DNA of 64,000 bases, taken from the NCBI GenBank assembly GCA_964016885.1, contig OZ024742.1, positions 157,790,001-157,854,000 on the forward strand. The letters are read 5' to 3'. The notes beneath the pieces are model-generated. The model was not told the origin of the DNA and searched no databases. It saw nothing but the letters and a program-made list of their open reading frames with translations. Source of the stretch: Eledone cirrhosa (lineage: Eukaryota). The translations under genes and the position numbers were made by a program. Of the stretch, positions 1-11,897 are shown in pieces. The number at the start of each line of letters is the position of its first letter. Position 1 is the first letter of the stretch.

Positions 1-255
1 AGACCTGTTGGCATGAATTGAAGCTCACAGGGGAACGAACATCGCTGTTTCTCCGTTCCCTGTGTCACTTCGATTTTGGATAGCCTCCTTGATTGTAACT
101 GTATTATGTAACACAGTGTCTGGAGAGAGCATGGCACTAGCTTCTACGCTATATTGCGTAATCAATTGTCGTCCACGAAATATGTATAACGGTCTTATCA
201 ATAAAGTACTTATCATCTAAACTTTGTATTTCTTCTTCTATATATATATATATAT

Positions 256-338
<83 letters not shown>

Positions 339-574
339 ATATTTAGAAACACACAGATACATGCGGACACACACATATATACATGAATGCATCCGCACCC
401 AACTGTGAGTTAAGGGTTCCAGCTTCACCGATGTTGCTCAATGAATGACCGGGGCAGACCAATTCAGTTGAACTAGACTGAACCAGTATCAGAGTTAAAA
501 ATACATTATGAAGAGAGAAGAAACATTTAGATATAATTAGTAATAAAATGTATCATACCTAAACTGCTCCTAAA

Positions 575-666
575 TTCCTCGACTACGTAGTTTCGTGGCA
601 TAAACAAAAACAATATATCATAAAGATATAGAGTCCCTGCGAGGTCTGCCGACTTATCAAGAGGAT
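575..666 (-). ncRNA. Type I hammerhead-ribozyme-like motif with long stem II
   Basis: Minus strand: TCCTC-TTGATAAG-TCGGCA..(~55 nt)..TGCCAC-GAAA-CTACGTAG-TC-GAGGA. Stem I TCCTC/GAGGA, palindromic stem III, GTC cleavage triplet; core deviates from CTGANGA. Confidence 0.7.
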
Positions 667-834
667 ACCTCATTTTACTAGTCTCAAGAACGCGTCTACA
701 CGACGTGAGAAAGAATCCCAGAAGGCGGAGGGGGAGATAGTCACGCGATATAACGGTCGAGAAACAGAGCTAAGCCTCTTATAACCTCGAAGAAAATACC
801 ACGGAGGCGGAGGGGGTATTTATATATATAACAA

Positions 835-2829
835 ATTCTCCGCAACAACATAACTGAGTATGAAAACACCAACGATATCCTGGTGCACTCGGACAAAACT
901 GGAAACATTTACTTCGTCAACCCTGACAGATACCACACACTGATCAGGAGCAGCCTAAACTCCACCTATAAATAGGATAACGATTCAATTATCGAGGACA
1001 TAAATCGAGATGCACAACAAATGACCTCCAGCCTCGTAAACAACTAATCAACTTCTTCCGGGACTGGTGTTTTAAAATCACCCTACAAACGTCCCTAAGC
1101 CGAGTTAATTTCCTTGACGTTACCCTTAACCTCGAAAATGATCTGTACTACCCATACAGGAAACCAAACGACAACTTGCACTACATCCACCGCCGATCTA
1201 ACCATCCTAGAAACATCACCAATAACCTTGTTAAAAGACCTCTCCCTCCGCATATGTCGTTTGTCCGCTAATGAGCAGATATTCGAGGAACACCTCATTA
1301 AAACCAGGCCCTCAAGCGGACTGACTTTCGGGAGGAAATATCCTTTTATCCAGCTTCCCTTAGAGGAACCAGCAGGCGACACCGCCGCTCACGCAACGTA
1401 ACGTGGTTCAATCCTCCCCATAATGCCGAGGTGGCAACATCTATCGGGAAAATCTTCTTTAGACTCCTCGAAAAACATTTCCCACTACAACACCGCTACC
1501 ACAACATAATCAACAAAAACACCATCAAACTCACCTACAGCAACACACCTAACTTCGCAGAAAACATCTTCTCCTCAAACAACAAAAAACTTAACCCCTA
1601 TTGAAGAAATAACCTAGACATCAGCGGAGAGCCTACCAGGAGGTGTAACTGCCCAGATAGATCTACGTGCCCCCTCAACAACAAATTCCGATAACGTAAC
1701 GTGATCTACCAGTGCAACGTGAGGACGGACACCTCCAACAAAGCTTATATAGGATTAACCGCGTGTGACTTCAAGACCCGGCTCTACCAACACCGACATA
1801 GTTTTTGAAACCCGGTGCGGCAACATACCACTACACTTTCGGACCACATCTGGGATCGCCAAGGTAATAATATAACGTACAATCTCACTTGGAGCTTACT
1901 GTCCAGAGCTAACTCTTACACGGGAGGACGCCGTCCGTGTAACTTATGCTCGGAGGAAACATTACAAATGCTGTTTTCGAAGGGCCAAGAAAGACGAATT
2001 GCTTACCAAATGCAAACACAGGTTGCGTAGCACTTACCTCGCCCTCACACCCCATAACGACCCGACTGGGTAGACAAGGGCTGGTATACCCCCCCCCCCC
2101 CCGCGCACACTTGCCGAATAAGTTAGGGGAAACCCCAGCTTATATAGGTAGATGTATGTCTTTTATTTTCCTCTTTTCTTTCCACCCCCTATTTCTTCCA
2201 CGTCTGCTTTTCCCCTTTCGCCCCCGATGCAGGCCATCGGCCCTATGTAGCATCAGTACCCCCACCCCTGTAATATTAAGATAGAATTGGCCGAATACGT
2301 TTTACTAACTACTTATAGCAGACGTGTTAAACCCCTTCAATTTTGTATCGGTTTTGGTACTACTCAATTTATACAAGTTTTTTTTATATTCTCGACTTAT
2401 TAATCTGTAATTGTAAGATAGCATTGTGATTTTTTTTTATTCATTTCTCACTATCTAATTTAATATATTTTTTATTTATTTCTATTATCTTTTATTGTCT
2501 CCTGCTGTCATTTGATTTATCTATTCTATAACCTCCCCCCTCCACTTCATTCATTATCCTTAGAATCTGCTGTATACATATCACTTTCAACGCATGACCA
2601 CCCTACTCACTCCCCTATTGTTCTCCAGGCAAGTTCAACCACCTCTACTTCCCACCCAATGCTATGATAGACTTATTTGTGTTTACAACAAATTTTAACC
2701 AATCCTCTTGACAAATACAATCTTCCCATATAAGTTCGGCTATTTATTCACCAGGCTAAAAATTCTAATTTAGTCCAGAAATAGCCGTCGAAACGGCTTG
2801 AGCTCTGCCGTCGGGGTAATACTTTTTCC

Positions 2830-2830
<1 letters not shown>
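835..2830 (+). mobile_element. Penelope-like retroelement, degenerate, RT core internally deleted, GIY-YIG endonuclease, 3' UTR ending in (TA)n
   Basis: Broken frames give DKTGNIY, VNFLDVTLNL..PYRKPND..YIH..SNHP, TWFNPP..KHFP..H.Y..I.NKNTIK, CNC..CPL, VIYQC..YIGLT..FKTR..H, TTLSDHIW..CNLC; stops and frameshifts. Confidence 0.9.
2723..2818 (+). ncRNA. Degenerate hammerhead-like motif at PLE 3' end (family F1)
   Basis: TTCGGCTA..TAGCCGTC-GAAA-CGGC-TTGAGCTCT-GCCG-TC-GGGG; 5' core degraded. The same 3' half recurs at about 4012-4060, 52415-52495 and 60695-60732. Confidence 0.55.
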
Positions 2831-2861
<31 letters not shown>

Positions 2862-2896
2862 TATAAGTATTAATAAAATAGATGTTCTTTTGATCA

Positions 2897-2959
2897 ATTA
2901 CATTTTATTGTACATATTTCGGATGTAAAACAGTACGACCTCATCAGACAAAATATAAT
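2897..2959 (-). ncRNA. Minimal type I hammerhead motif
   Basis: Minus strand: ATTATATTTTGT-CTGATGA-GGTCGTACTGTTTTACATCC-GAAA-TATGTACA-ATAAAATGTAAT. Confidence 0.65.
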
Positions 2960-3470
2960 GATACATGACATACCCTGAGGTGTTAAATGGTTAAGATTTA
3001 ATCAAGGTAGTGATTACCGGATAGAAAATGTTGCTTATATAATATATGTGTGAGTGTGCGAAAACGTAATGAATTCATTGCATACTTAAAGTGTTCTAAA
3101 ATGTTAAATTGTATGATACTATATCTAGGGAAACATCTCATGAATCCTAACAGTCAGTGATAGCCACGGGAAAAAGATTTATAAGGAGGGAAAGATAAAG
3201 TGGGGTGGGGTATTCGAAATTTAACTTTCTAACAAAGCCCCCACCCCCCACCCCTCACACACGCACAAACTTTATCTTTCCTTCCTTATAAAGCTTTATT
3301 AAAATTTTAGAACACATTAAGTAACGTTGTTTCTTACTCACACATTCTCTAATGAATTCATTACGTTTTCGCACTCTCACACAGATATTATATAAGCAAA
3401 ATTTTCTATTGGGTAATCACTACCTTGATTAATTCTTAACCATCTAACATCTCAGGGTATGTCATGTATC

Positions 3471-3533
3471 ATTATATTTTGTCTGATAAGGACGTACTGT
3501 TGTACATCCGAAATATGTATAATAAAATGTAAT
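3471..3533 (+). ncRNA. Minimal type I hammerhead motif
   Basis: ATTATATTTTGT-CTGATAA-GGACGTAC-TGTT-GTACATCC-GAAA-TATGT-ATA-ATAAAATGTAAT; stems I and II pair. Confidence 0.65.
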
Positions 3534-3674
3534 TGACCAAAAGAACATCTATTTTATTAATACTTACATTTTAATATTAATAACTCCTTAAAATTATTTG
3601 CCGTTGAGTGCTTCCAATCTACTGTAAAACTCCTTCTATGACATAATCATCGAATATTGTTTAACAACTTAATA

Positions 3675-3730
<56 letters not shown>

Positions 3731-3949
3731 AATAATGAATCAAAGCATGTCAAATATGTTTAGTATTTTGTGTTTCTCAACAAGCAAGCTCAATAGACAT
3801 TATCTAGAGCCACAATAACCAAATGAGAAAGATATATGTATATACATATGTATGTATACACATAGAATATGTATTTCGTATGTAAACAATATACTGCGTT
3901 TCTCATACGATATGTTGTTCTTTCTCTATATATATATACATATATAGCT

Positions 3950-4062
3950 TGTGTTAAAAATCAGCTAGACCAGAGTACACGATACTTGGGATAGTCGATT
4001 GGGTAGTATGAAATGATTCAGGATCCCAAAGGGTTCAGCTCCGGTCGTTTTGACAGCTAATA
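3950..4062 (-). mobile_element. Diverged copy of PLE terminal family F1
   Basis: Aligns by eye to 52330-52450 (accaragtac..atactt.gg..agt..gggta.ta.gaa..agga.ccc..agctc..g.cgttt.gac.gctaat). Confidence 0.6.
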
Positions 4063-4168
4063 GATATAGACATAGAGAGATATTATTATTTTAGACGGTA
4101 TGACATACTCTCAATCTGTATCAATACACGCACATAAAAACAATTAGACAGACAGACACACATATATG

Positions 4169-4258
<90 letters not shown>

Positions 4259-4435
4259 TGTTACGTATTTCCAAAGGAAAAACAAAGGAAAACAAAGTGC
4301 CCTCTGTATAGAACAGAGCTATTATCTATAACATCTTTTATATGATGACCGATCGAGGCGTATATATTATTATCGTCTGTAATGCAGAAACCTTTGGTAA
4401 TGGAGTAGTTATATTTTGTGTTGTTCAATCTATAA

Positions 4436-4477
<42 letters not shown>

Positions 4478-4480
<3 letters not shown>

Positions 4481-4852
4481 TAGTATCATTGCTCTGAAAT
4501 AGCGATGTATGAATCAATTTATAGTATATTTGATAATATACTGTATGTTTATTTAAAAATATTTTGAAGACCATTCGCTATGAGTTTCAAAGTAGTGACT
4601 ATGCCACTTTCGGCAAAAATAAAGGGAAACAACCGACAGCTGTTTCTCATTTGTTAACGGTTATCAAGATTGCTTATCCCATCGCTTCTGCCGAGACTTA
4701 TCGAAGCTGGATTCTTATAGAAATCCAGTGATGTTTAAGAGCCTTTATTTTTGCCGAGACAAAGTAAGTGACAAAACTCATAGCCAATTGTCTTCAACAT
4801 GTTTTTAAATAAACATACAGTATATTATCTAATATTCTATACATTCATTCAT
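4478..4852. repeat. Fold-back element in (TA)n with central hammerhead
   Basis: 4509-4588 is the reverse complement of 4775-4852; tcggcaaaaataaagg (4610) pairs with cctttatttttgccga (4742); ~30 nt extra on the left. Confidence 0.8.
4624..4680 (-). ncRNA. Degenerate minimal hammerhead motif
   Basis: Minus strand: GGGATAAGCAATC-TTGATAA-CCGTTAACAAATGA-GAAA-CAGCTG-TC-GGTTGTTTCCC; palindromic CAGCTG stem III. Confidence 0.65.
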
Positions 4853-5084
4853 ATATATATATATATATATATATGATGATAATATTGAGATTTGGGCATA
4901 AATTTAATGTTTAATTACTTTTATGAGTGATATTTCATCTGTATAGTTTATTCATTCATTGAGATGTCTACGTATTAGAGACAAATAACTTTCTAATTGA
5001 TATTAATCACTCCTTTATTGTAGAAAAGATTTAGATGTTTTATTGCTGTTATTTCTAGCGTCTTTATAAGGATGTCGCATTGTC

Positions 5085-5201
<117 letters not shown>

Positions 5202-5545
5202 TCATTTACTAGTTTAGCAACACAACGTTTTGGACACCATCCGATTTAGGGAACGAACTGATCAGTATATCATCAATAGTATATCATCAATATCTCCTCT
5301 TATTGCAAATAACTTTCCCCTGATGACAGAATACGTTCTTTCACTAATAGTTGTTCCAATGATTTGAAATAATCAATATTGTTTCTTTGTTCTGGAAGCC
5401 ATGGAAGAGAGAAAATTATATGAGTTAGACTAACATATTTTAGTCGGTCTGACTTATTCTCCACTAAATTGGTATTTTGAAATAAGTTTAATATATAAAT
5501 TACTTCTCTGAATTATACACGCAAACACACATACACACACACGCA

Positions 5546-5637
<92 letters not shown>

Positions 5638-5665
5638 TATGTATATATATACATACATACATACA

Positions 5666-6272
5666 TGGTGGCTGCCAACTCGGTTTCGAGTACGGCCACT
5701 ACTTTATATCCATGTAGGAGAAGCCCTACCGATACGCTGAACGAGTGTGACTTTTTAGTCTAACCAGCGACTTCAAAACTCTGGTACAAACACTACACTT
5801 GTGACAATTATTGACACATAGTGCTGGGCCCATGGTACCATGTGACGACAAATGCAGAGAGATCTCCAGATATAAAGCAATGCCTGTGCCGTGAAGCTTT
5901 TATAGTGAGCAAAGGCACTGCACAAAGCCAGTCCCACTCTCTTAACCAAGATGATATTTACCAAAAAGAAGAACAAGTCAACATCATTGGATATCATCAG
6001 GGTTGCAGGTGTTATATCAGAGTTTTCCTTCTCCTAGAATTCTACCTTGACTAAGGCTAAGGGGTCATCTCTCCCGGTGATTTTGGATGGCCATTGACTC
6101 TTAAGAGCTCCTTTGCCCTTTGACAGGTTTTGTTTTTAGTCCTGCAGGATGTCCAAAGTCACCCTCCTCACCAAGAAACCTTGGTGGGGTTGCCAGTTTA
6201 GTCGCCAACGACCCGACCATGAGACAGGTTGTACTGGGATACATGTTACCAGTAGCACCAACTGGTGACCTG
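5666..6272 (-). mobile_element. Short non-autonomous RTE-like LINE derivative (5' end joined to 3' end) in (ACAT)n
   Basis: 5' part has CTAGGAGAAGGAAAACTCTGA (6017-6037), recalled as an RTE-type 5' motif; 3' part encodes CSVCTRVLKSLVRLKSH (C2H2-like RTE C-terminus) and ends in an (ATGT)n tail. Confidence 0.6.
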
Positions 6273-6351
6273 ACATACATACATACATACATACATACAT
6301 ACATACATACATACATACACACATACATACATATATACATATATACATGTA

Positions 6352-6955
6352 AGCCACAATTTTGCCAGCTGCGAAAGAATGTCATCTCACTACTACCTCC
6401 CCATGAGACACGATGGGATAGCTAGAACCATCTGGAACGCACTTCGGAAAACAAAATTAACAACAAACGAGGAAGAATATATTGAGACAGATGGCACTAA
6501 GGAATCCTGGTGGAACCTGAAAATAAAAACTGCCACCAAATTAAAGCACAACCGGCCTGATATTGTTGTTTGGGACCACACATTGAAAACGTGTTCTGTT
6601 GTGGAGATCAGCTGCACACTTGATTTAAACCTTGTCAGCAAAATACAGGAGAAGGAGGACATCTACGGACCATTGTGAGCAGTTTACAAATCCAATATCC
6701 AAGATACACCTTTAGCTTCATACCCCTCATTATTGGAGCTACGGTTTATATACCAACCCGCTTAGACCAAAGTATGACTGAACTTGGATTTGCGAACAAA
6801 GAGCGCAGTTCCCTAATTCATAATGGCTGCGATAGCTGGAACCTTCAACATTTGCAAAACATTCTTGCGATTCAAGGGTTGAGAATTTCTTTTCCTTTAC
6901 AACCTTGCCACCAGGAAGGTGGCCGGTCAAAAAAATATACTCGAAATTAAGAGAA
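6352..6955 (+). mobile_element. 3' fragment of an R4/Dong-like non-LTR element (restriction-like endonuclease)
   Basis: YLPMRHDGIAR..WWN..IKT..HNRPDIVVWD..VVEISC..K..EK..YGPL..PLIIGA: RHD, PD..D and E..K motifs of the RLE domain; frameshifted. Confidence 0.8.
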
Positions 6956-8448
6956 AGAGATAACATACATATATGTGTGTGTATCCATAAAGATTGAATG
7001 TTAGAACCCTGTGCAATTTTAAATTTTACATTTTTGTGGTAAAATGTTTCTTTCAATCTGACACATCTCTGTTTCCCCCTTCAACCATAGTAACTACTGT
7101 GATTATTAACTTTTGTGAAAAGTCTATTATTACTTCAGTTTCATGTTATGGGCTCTTTTGTATACTACTGCTTATCCAAGTATACATCAATCCATAAATG
7201 ACTTGCGGGTTAGCATAATTAATCGGATTTAAGGTATAGCTAAGAGACATGTACAAGCCGTATTTCAAGAATTTAACAATCACCCTGAGGTCTGCATATG
7301 TAATGAAGATGGGCATGAAGTAATCTGGCAATCTAACCAACAGAATATTGAAAAGTCTAATAAATTCTTTTACACTCTACATCGAATTAAAATTACACAA
7401 ATTATAATTTGTACAGTAATTTTATGCAGTTCATTTGGATCAGTGGTGTGGTTAAGGAATGATGTGTGTGTGTGTGTGTGTAATAGAGAGAGAGAGGGGG
7501 GGGGTCGAAGACAGAGAGAACATTGGAATGCATCTTTTGAATACTACCAAATATTTCAAGAGGGTAATCTCTCTAAAACATCACGTATCTGCATGTAAAA
7601 TGTATATCATTAGCGATACATCTATAAACGTCCAACCACTCATAATCTGTCTTACATGCACACAGAATATACACACACAGAATAAACATACATGTGTATT
7701 TCGATTAAAGATAAATGTGGAGGAGAAAAAGTTGAGAGATGCGTGAAAAAGACAAAAACGTATGTATATATGTGTCTATGTATGTATGCATGAATGTACG
7801 TATGAATGTATGCATGTGTGTAGTATGAATGTATGTGTGTAATGTGTGTATCTATGCACGAATATGAGTGTACTGTACGTTTGTATATTTTGTTTTTCGC
7901 TATAAATTGCATAGAGACGAAAACAGGATATCCAACTATATCAAAGTAGATCAACAACAACAACTTAAACAAAAGCCACAACTAGAAAGAAACAGCAACA
8001 ACACGACAACTACACCAAATACAGTCTAACGTACAGTGAGGAGACTAAGAATTCTTTGTCTCTAATCAACAATGGCTTCATGAAAATGTAAAGAAATCTT
8101 TCTGAACGGAGTCATCAACTCACTGATCTCCACTATTGATTGGAACCTCGTAGATCGCGTGATCAGCAGTGAGAAGGGAGGCAAGTTGGCACGCAGACAA
8201 GACGAAACGGCAAATAGTATTGGTTGCGTTTGATTGTCTTTACAGATTTATAACTGCATCTTAGACTGTTTGGCATCTTTTTATTTCTTTTTCTTTTATC
8301 GGCTGTATAATTATGTTACCATTATTACTATTATTATTATTATCATCATTATTATGAAAACAATTTACAGCACTATTTCAACAAATATTATTTTTTCATT
8401 TGTGATGTATTAATTAATGTATAAAGTTATTAAATATAAATAATTGTA

Positions 8449-8630
8449 ATGATGATGATGTTGATGTTGATTATGATTGTGGTGATGATGATGATGATGA
8501 TGATGACGATGATGATGATGATGATGACGATGGTGATGGTGATAATGATGAAAATGATGATGATGATGATGATGATAATTAATGATGATGATGATGGCGA
8601 CGGTGATGATGATTATGACGGCGATGATTA
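8449..8630. repeat. Degenerate (ATG)n microsatellite
   Basis: Direct reading. Confidence 0.9.
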
Positions 8631-9537
8631 TTTTAGTACCCGCTGACGTTGGGAAAATTCTAAATCCGGCACAAAACGATACACAGGTTTTTCTCTATGG
8701 TAAGTGAACCTCACAGTTGACCTCACCTACTCTAAACGCGCATATTCAAAGCAAGCCCGTTCACTCTCTTCCATCTTTCAACAAAGTGGTTGGATGACAA
8801 CGCATCCCTCTCCCCACTGATTTCCCTCTTCAAGTGAAACTAGAAAGTGTTACTCAGTGTTTAGCCGAAGAGAAAGATACTTGTCTTTAAACCTTTCAAG
8901 CGCATTCACCAAATGGCCTCTTTCCGCATGGCCAACAGGTTAAAGGCAGGCGATGAGGCGATTGTAATGATGAACTCAGCTAATAGCATGATGAAAGTGC
9001 TGGATGAGGAACGATGGTCAGAAGATGTTAAATGACAGAGGCGAATTACGGATGCGTCAGCTCTCCCCGACATTTCAAAGATAGCTTTCTCACGGCTCAT
9101 TTCCACCCATCCACCTGTTCAGTGGCCGTTGAGGTTGTTGTACCGCATTGATCCCCCACTCTCGGAGCCGAGGCAAAGTCCTACCGACATTTCCTGATTG
9201 ATTTCCGTTCCTGTTACCGCTTCATAATACCTGAGAGCGGTAGTGATCAACGCAATGTGTTTGGTGGTCGACACCAATACGATATGCTGACTCCAGTCTC
9301 CCACTTACCATATGCTGACACCAGTCTCCCACATTCTAATGCCCCTCAACATCTCCAATTTGTGTCATAGTCGCTTGTGTCAATACCGATATCAGAAACA
9401 AATTGGCTGATCGAACACATGATGTTGAACGGTTCCCAGAGAATACCCTTTATCTGACCTCAGAGTAGATATCGCTTTGTATCGCTGCAATGCATCCTCT
9501 GAAAGTGGGCTCAGATTTAACATAAAACTATAATGAT

Positions 9538-9752
9538 TTCTGATTTAGGAACAATGCCAACAATTTGGGTGGAAGAGGGAAAAGTCGATTAATTCGACCC
9601 CAGTGCATTACTGGTGCTTTTTTTATCGACTCTGTAAGGATGAAGGGTAAAGCTAATCTTGGCGGGTTTGAACTCAGAAAGTAAGGGACACGTAACTCTG
9701 TGCCACGAAGCACGGTGTCTGGCGCCCTACCGATACTGCCAATCCACCGCCC
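9538..9752 (-). mobile_element. tRNA-derived SINE, full length, 20-bp TSD
   Basis: Starts GGGCGGTGGATTGGCAGTATCGG (A box), GAGTTCAAACC (B box), central CCTTCATCCTTAC.G.GTCGATAAAA..ACCAG; TSD TAACATAAAAC(T/A)ATAATGAT at 9518-9537 and 9753-9772. Confidence 0.9.
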
Positions 9753-9959
9753 TAACATAAAACAATAATGATAAATGTTCCTTCACGCAGAGTAACGGGC
9801 CTTAGGTAGAGGGACCGTTCTAGATTTCTATTACGACCTCAATCTAATGCTGTGGTGATTGGACTCCGACTCTTTTCATGAGGTGTGGGCTTCACGCAGA
9901 AATGTTGAATATACTGAAGAGACACATAATTACCAATCAGGATCAAATTTTAACAGTTG

Positions 9960-10345
9960 ATATCTAGAATGGCACATTCCTTACATGTAAAGGGGAGGGA
10001 CTAGAGGAGCAGGCCAGGTATTACCGACTAAATATATATATCTGTTGCACACTAGACTGGGATGGAGAATAGGAAATATATTAATACATTTTCCTAACGG
10101 AAAGGACTACAAGGCGGGAGTGGGGACACACACAAATCTCCGATTGTCAGATTGTATTATGAAATGGATTCCATTGGGAAGGAAGATATGCCTCTTGGAA
10201 CTTACGCTGAAAGAGAGGTCTCTGCGGGTGGAGCAAGATTATGCGCCTAACAGCTTCTGAATACAGATCCTTCTTTGACTGAGTCATGTATCACACTGGG
10301 AAACTTCAAAGCACATGTCGGCACTGATCATCTGACATAAAAATA
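9960..10345 (+). mobile_element. APE-type endonuclease fragment of an RTE-like LINE
   Basis: KAGVG..KWIPLGRKICLLEL..QDYAPN..LGNFKAHVG resemble APE motifs (YAP, GDFNAHVG). Confidence 0.7.
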
Positions 10346-10537
10346 GTGATATATATATATATATTTATGAATGAAGGTGTGTTTGTCTGTATGTGTATGT
10401 ATGTATATGTGTAGGTATGCATGTGTGTATGTATATATGTTTCTATGTGTGTATATGTGTGTGTATCTATTTTACTATGTATGTGAGTATGTATATTTGT
10501 ATCTATATGTATCTATATATGTATGTATTATATCATA

Positions 10538-10672
10538 AGTGTTTCTACTTTAGGCACAAGGCCAGCAAATATCCAGTGCATTACTGGTACTTTATTTTAT
10601 CGACCCCGTAAGGATGAAAGGCAAAGTCAACCTCGGCGGGATTTGAACTCAGACCGTAAAGGGACGTAACTA
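10538..10672 (-). mobile_element. 5'-truncated copy of the tRNA-derived SINE
   Basis: Matches 47245-47375 (B box, central domain, GCTGGCCTTGTGCCTAAAGTAGAAAC). Confidence 0.85.
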
Positions 10673-11460
10673 TTATGTATGTATTATGTAACTAGTATGT
10701 AATATATCATAAGGTTTTATATTATATACAGCTAAGCACATCATAATTAATTCTAATTTCTCTTTTCCATTACTTCCCTACATTTTACACTTGCCAAAAT
10801 CTATAGGGATTTTCCGCTCAAATACGGCTCCGGAAAATGGGATATGGACAACTTAATAAACACTGTATTTTCCTCTATATTTCTATTTTAATTTCTGATT
10901 CTCTACATCACTAATTTTCTCTACAAGCTCTCTCATTCCATCTCAGTCTTCAACCCCACTCTCAACACCCCACTTTCTTGCTCTCCCTATTCTCAATCAG
11001 TTTCTGCTGATAGGTCTCTCTCTTATTCATTCCCATATATCAAGTAATGTATCTCTTTCATTTTACTATAATTTTTAGTCAGTATTCTTCCTTTTATACA
11101 AACCCGTCAAACATTTACAATACAACAGCACGAGTGACTGATCAATATTGCATTATAAGCAGACTAGTAGTAATTGCTAGGTCGAAATTCGATTAGTTAT
11201 CTACTTAATGTCGAATTTCTGCTCCTCGTTTTCTTTATACAGCATGATTATATGCAAGTTAAACACGCCATTTACGAAGCAGAGCAAAATTGGTATTTCT
11301 CTCTTGTATTTATCAGTGATGCACCATATATACTGTTAGTATTAGCATGTGCAGTAGTAGTAGAGTACAGTATACGAGAACTGGGACAATGTATATATAG
11401 ATATGTGTATTTGTATGCGTGTGTTGTGTAATTATAATATAATATACATATAAATCTATG

Positions 11461-11506
<46 letters not shown>

Positions 11507-11897
11507 CTGTATATATATATACATACTGTGTGTGAATGAGTTAATAAATGTTTGAGTTTGTGCGTTTTGTGTATATATATATATATATATATTTATATGC
11601 ACACACACATACACACATACATACATATATATATACATATATACTTACATATATATATACATATATATACTGTATATATACACTGTGAAAAAGCTTGTTT
11701 GTGCGTTTGCGTGTGCATATGCATATATGTATGTAATAGGAAAGCCAGCGTGTTTAAGTATTTTAGATCCATATAGAGAATGATAAAATTGGTAAACTTG
11801 GTAAGATAACACATTCTTATTGACGTGATCTATAACTATATTTGCAACATTGAATACCCTTGTGGTAATCAACCTATCCTCAGAAACTTGCTCATAC

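Larger units (their letters stand above)
2855..3678. repeat. Fold-back element with an outward-facing hammerhead in each arm, flanked by (TA)n
   Basis: 2855-~3215 is the reverse complement, with indels, of ~3270-3575; the right side extends ~100 nt further (3576-3678). Confidence 0.85.

Noticed and set aside
5315-5345. Isolated CTGATGA cores (also ~12310, ~23113, ~39966) and a loose motif at ~39908-39958
   Set aside because: No convincing GAAA, stem III or stem I partner; chance matches or too decayed to call.
7146-7460. Protein-like frames on both strands
   Set aside because: Both strands are equally plausible and no consistent splice pair links them to the exon chain.
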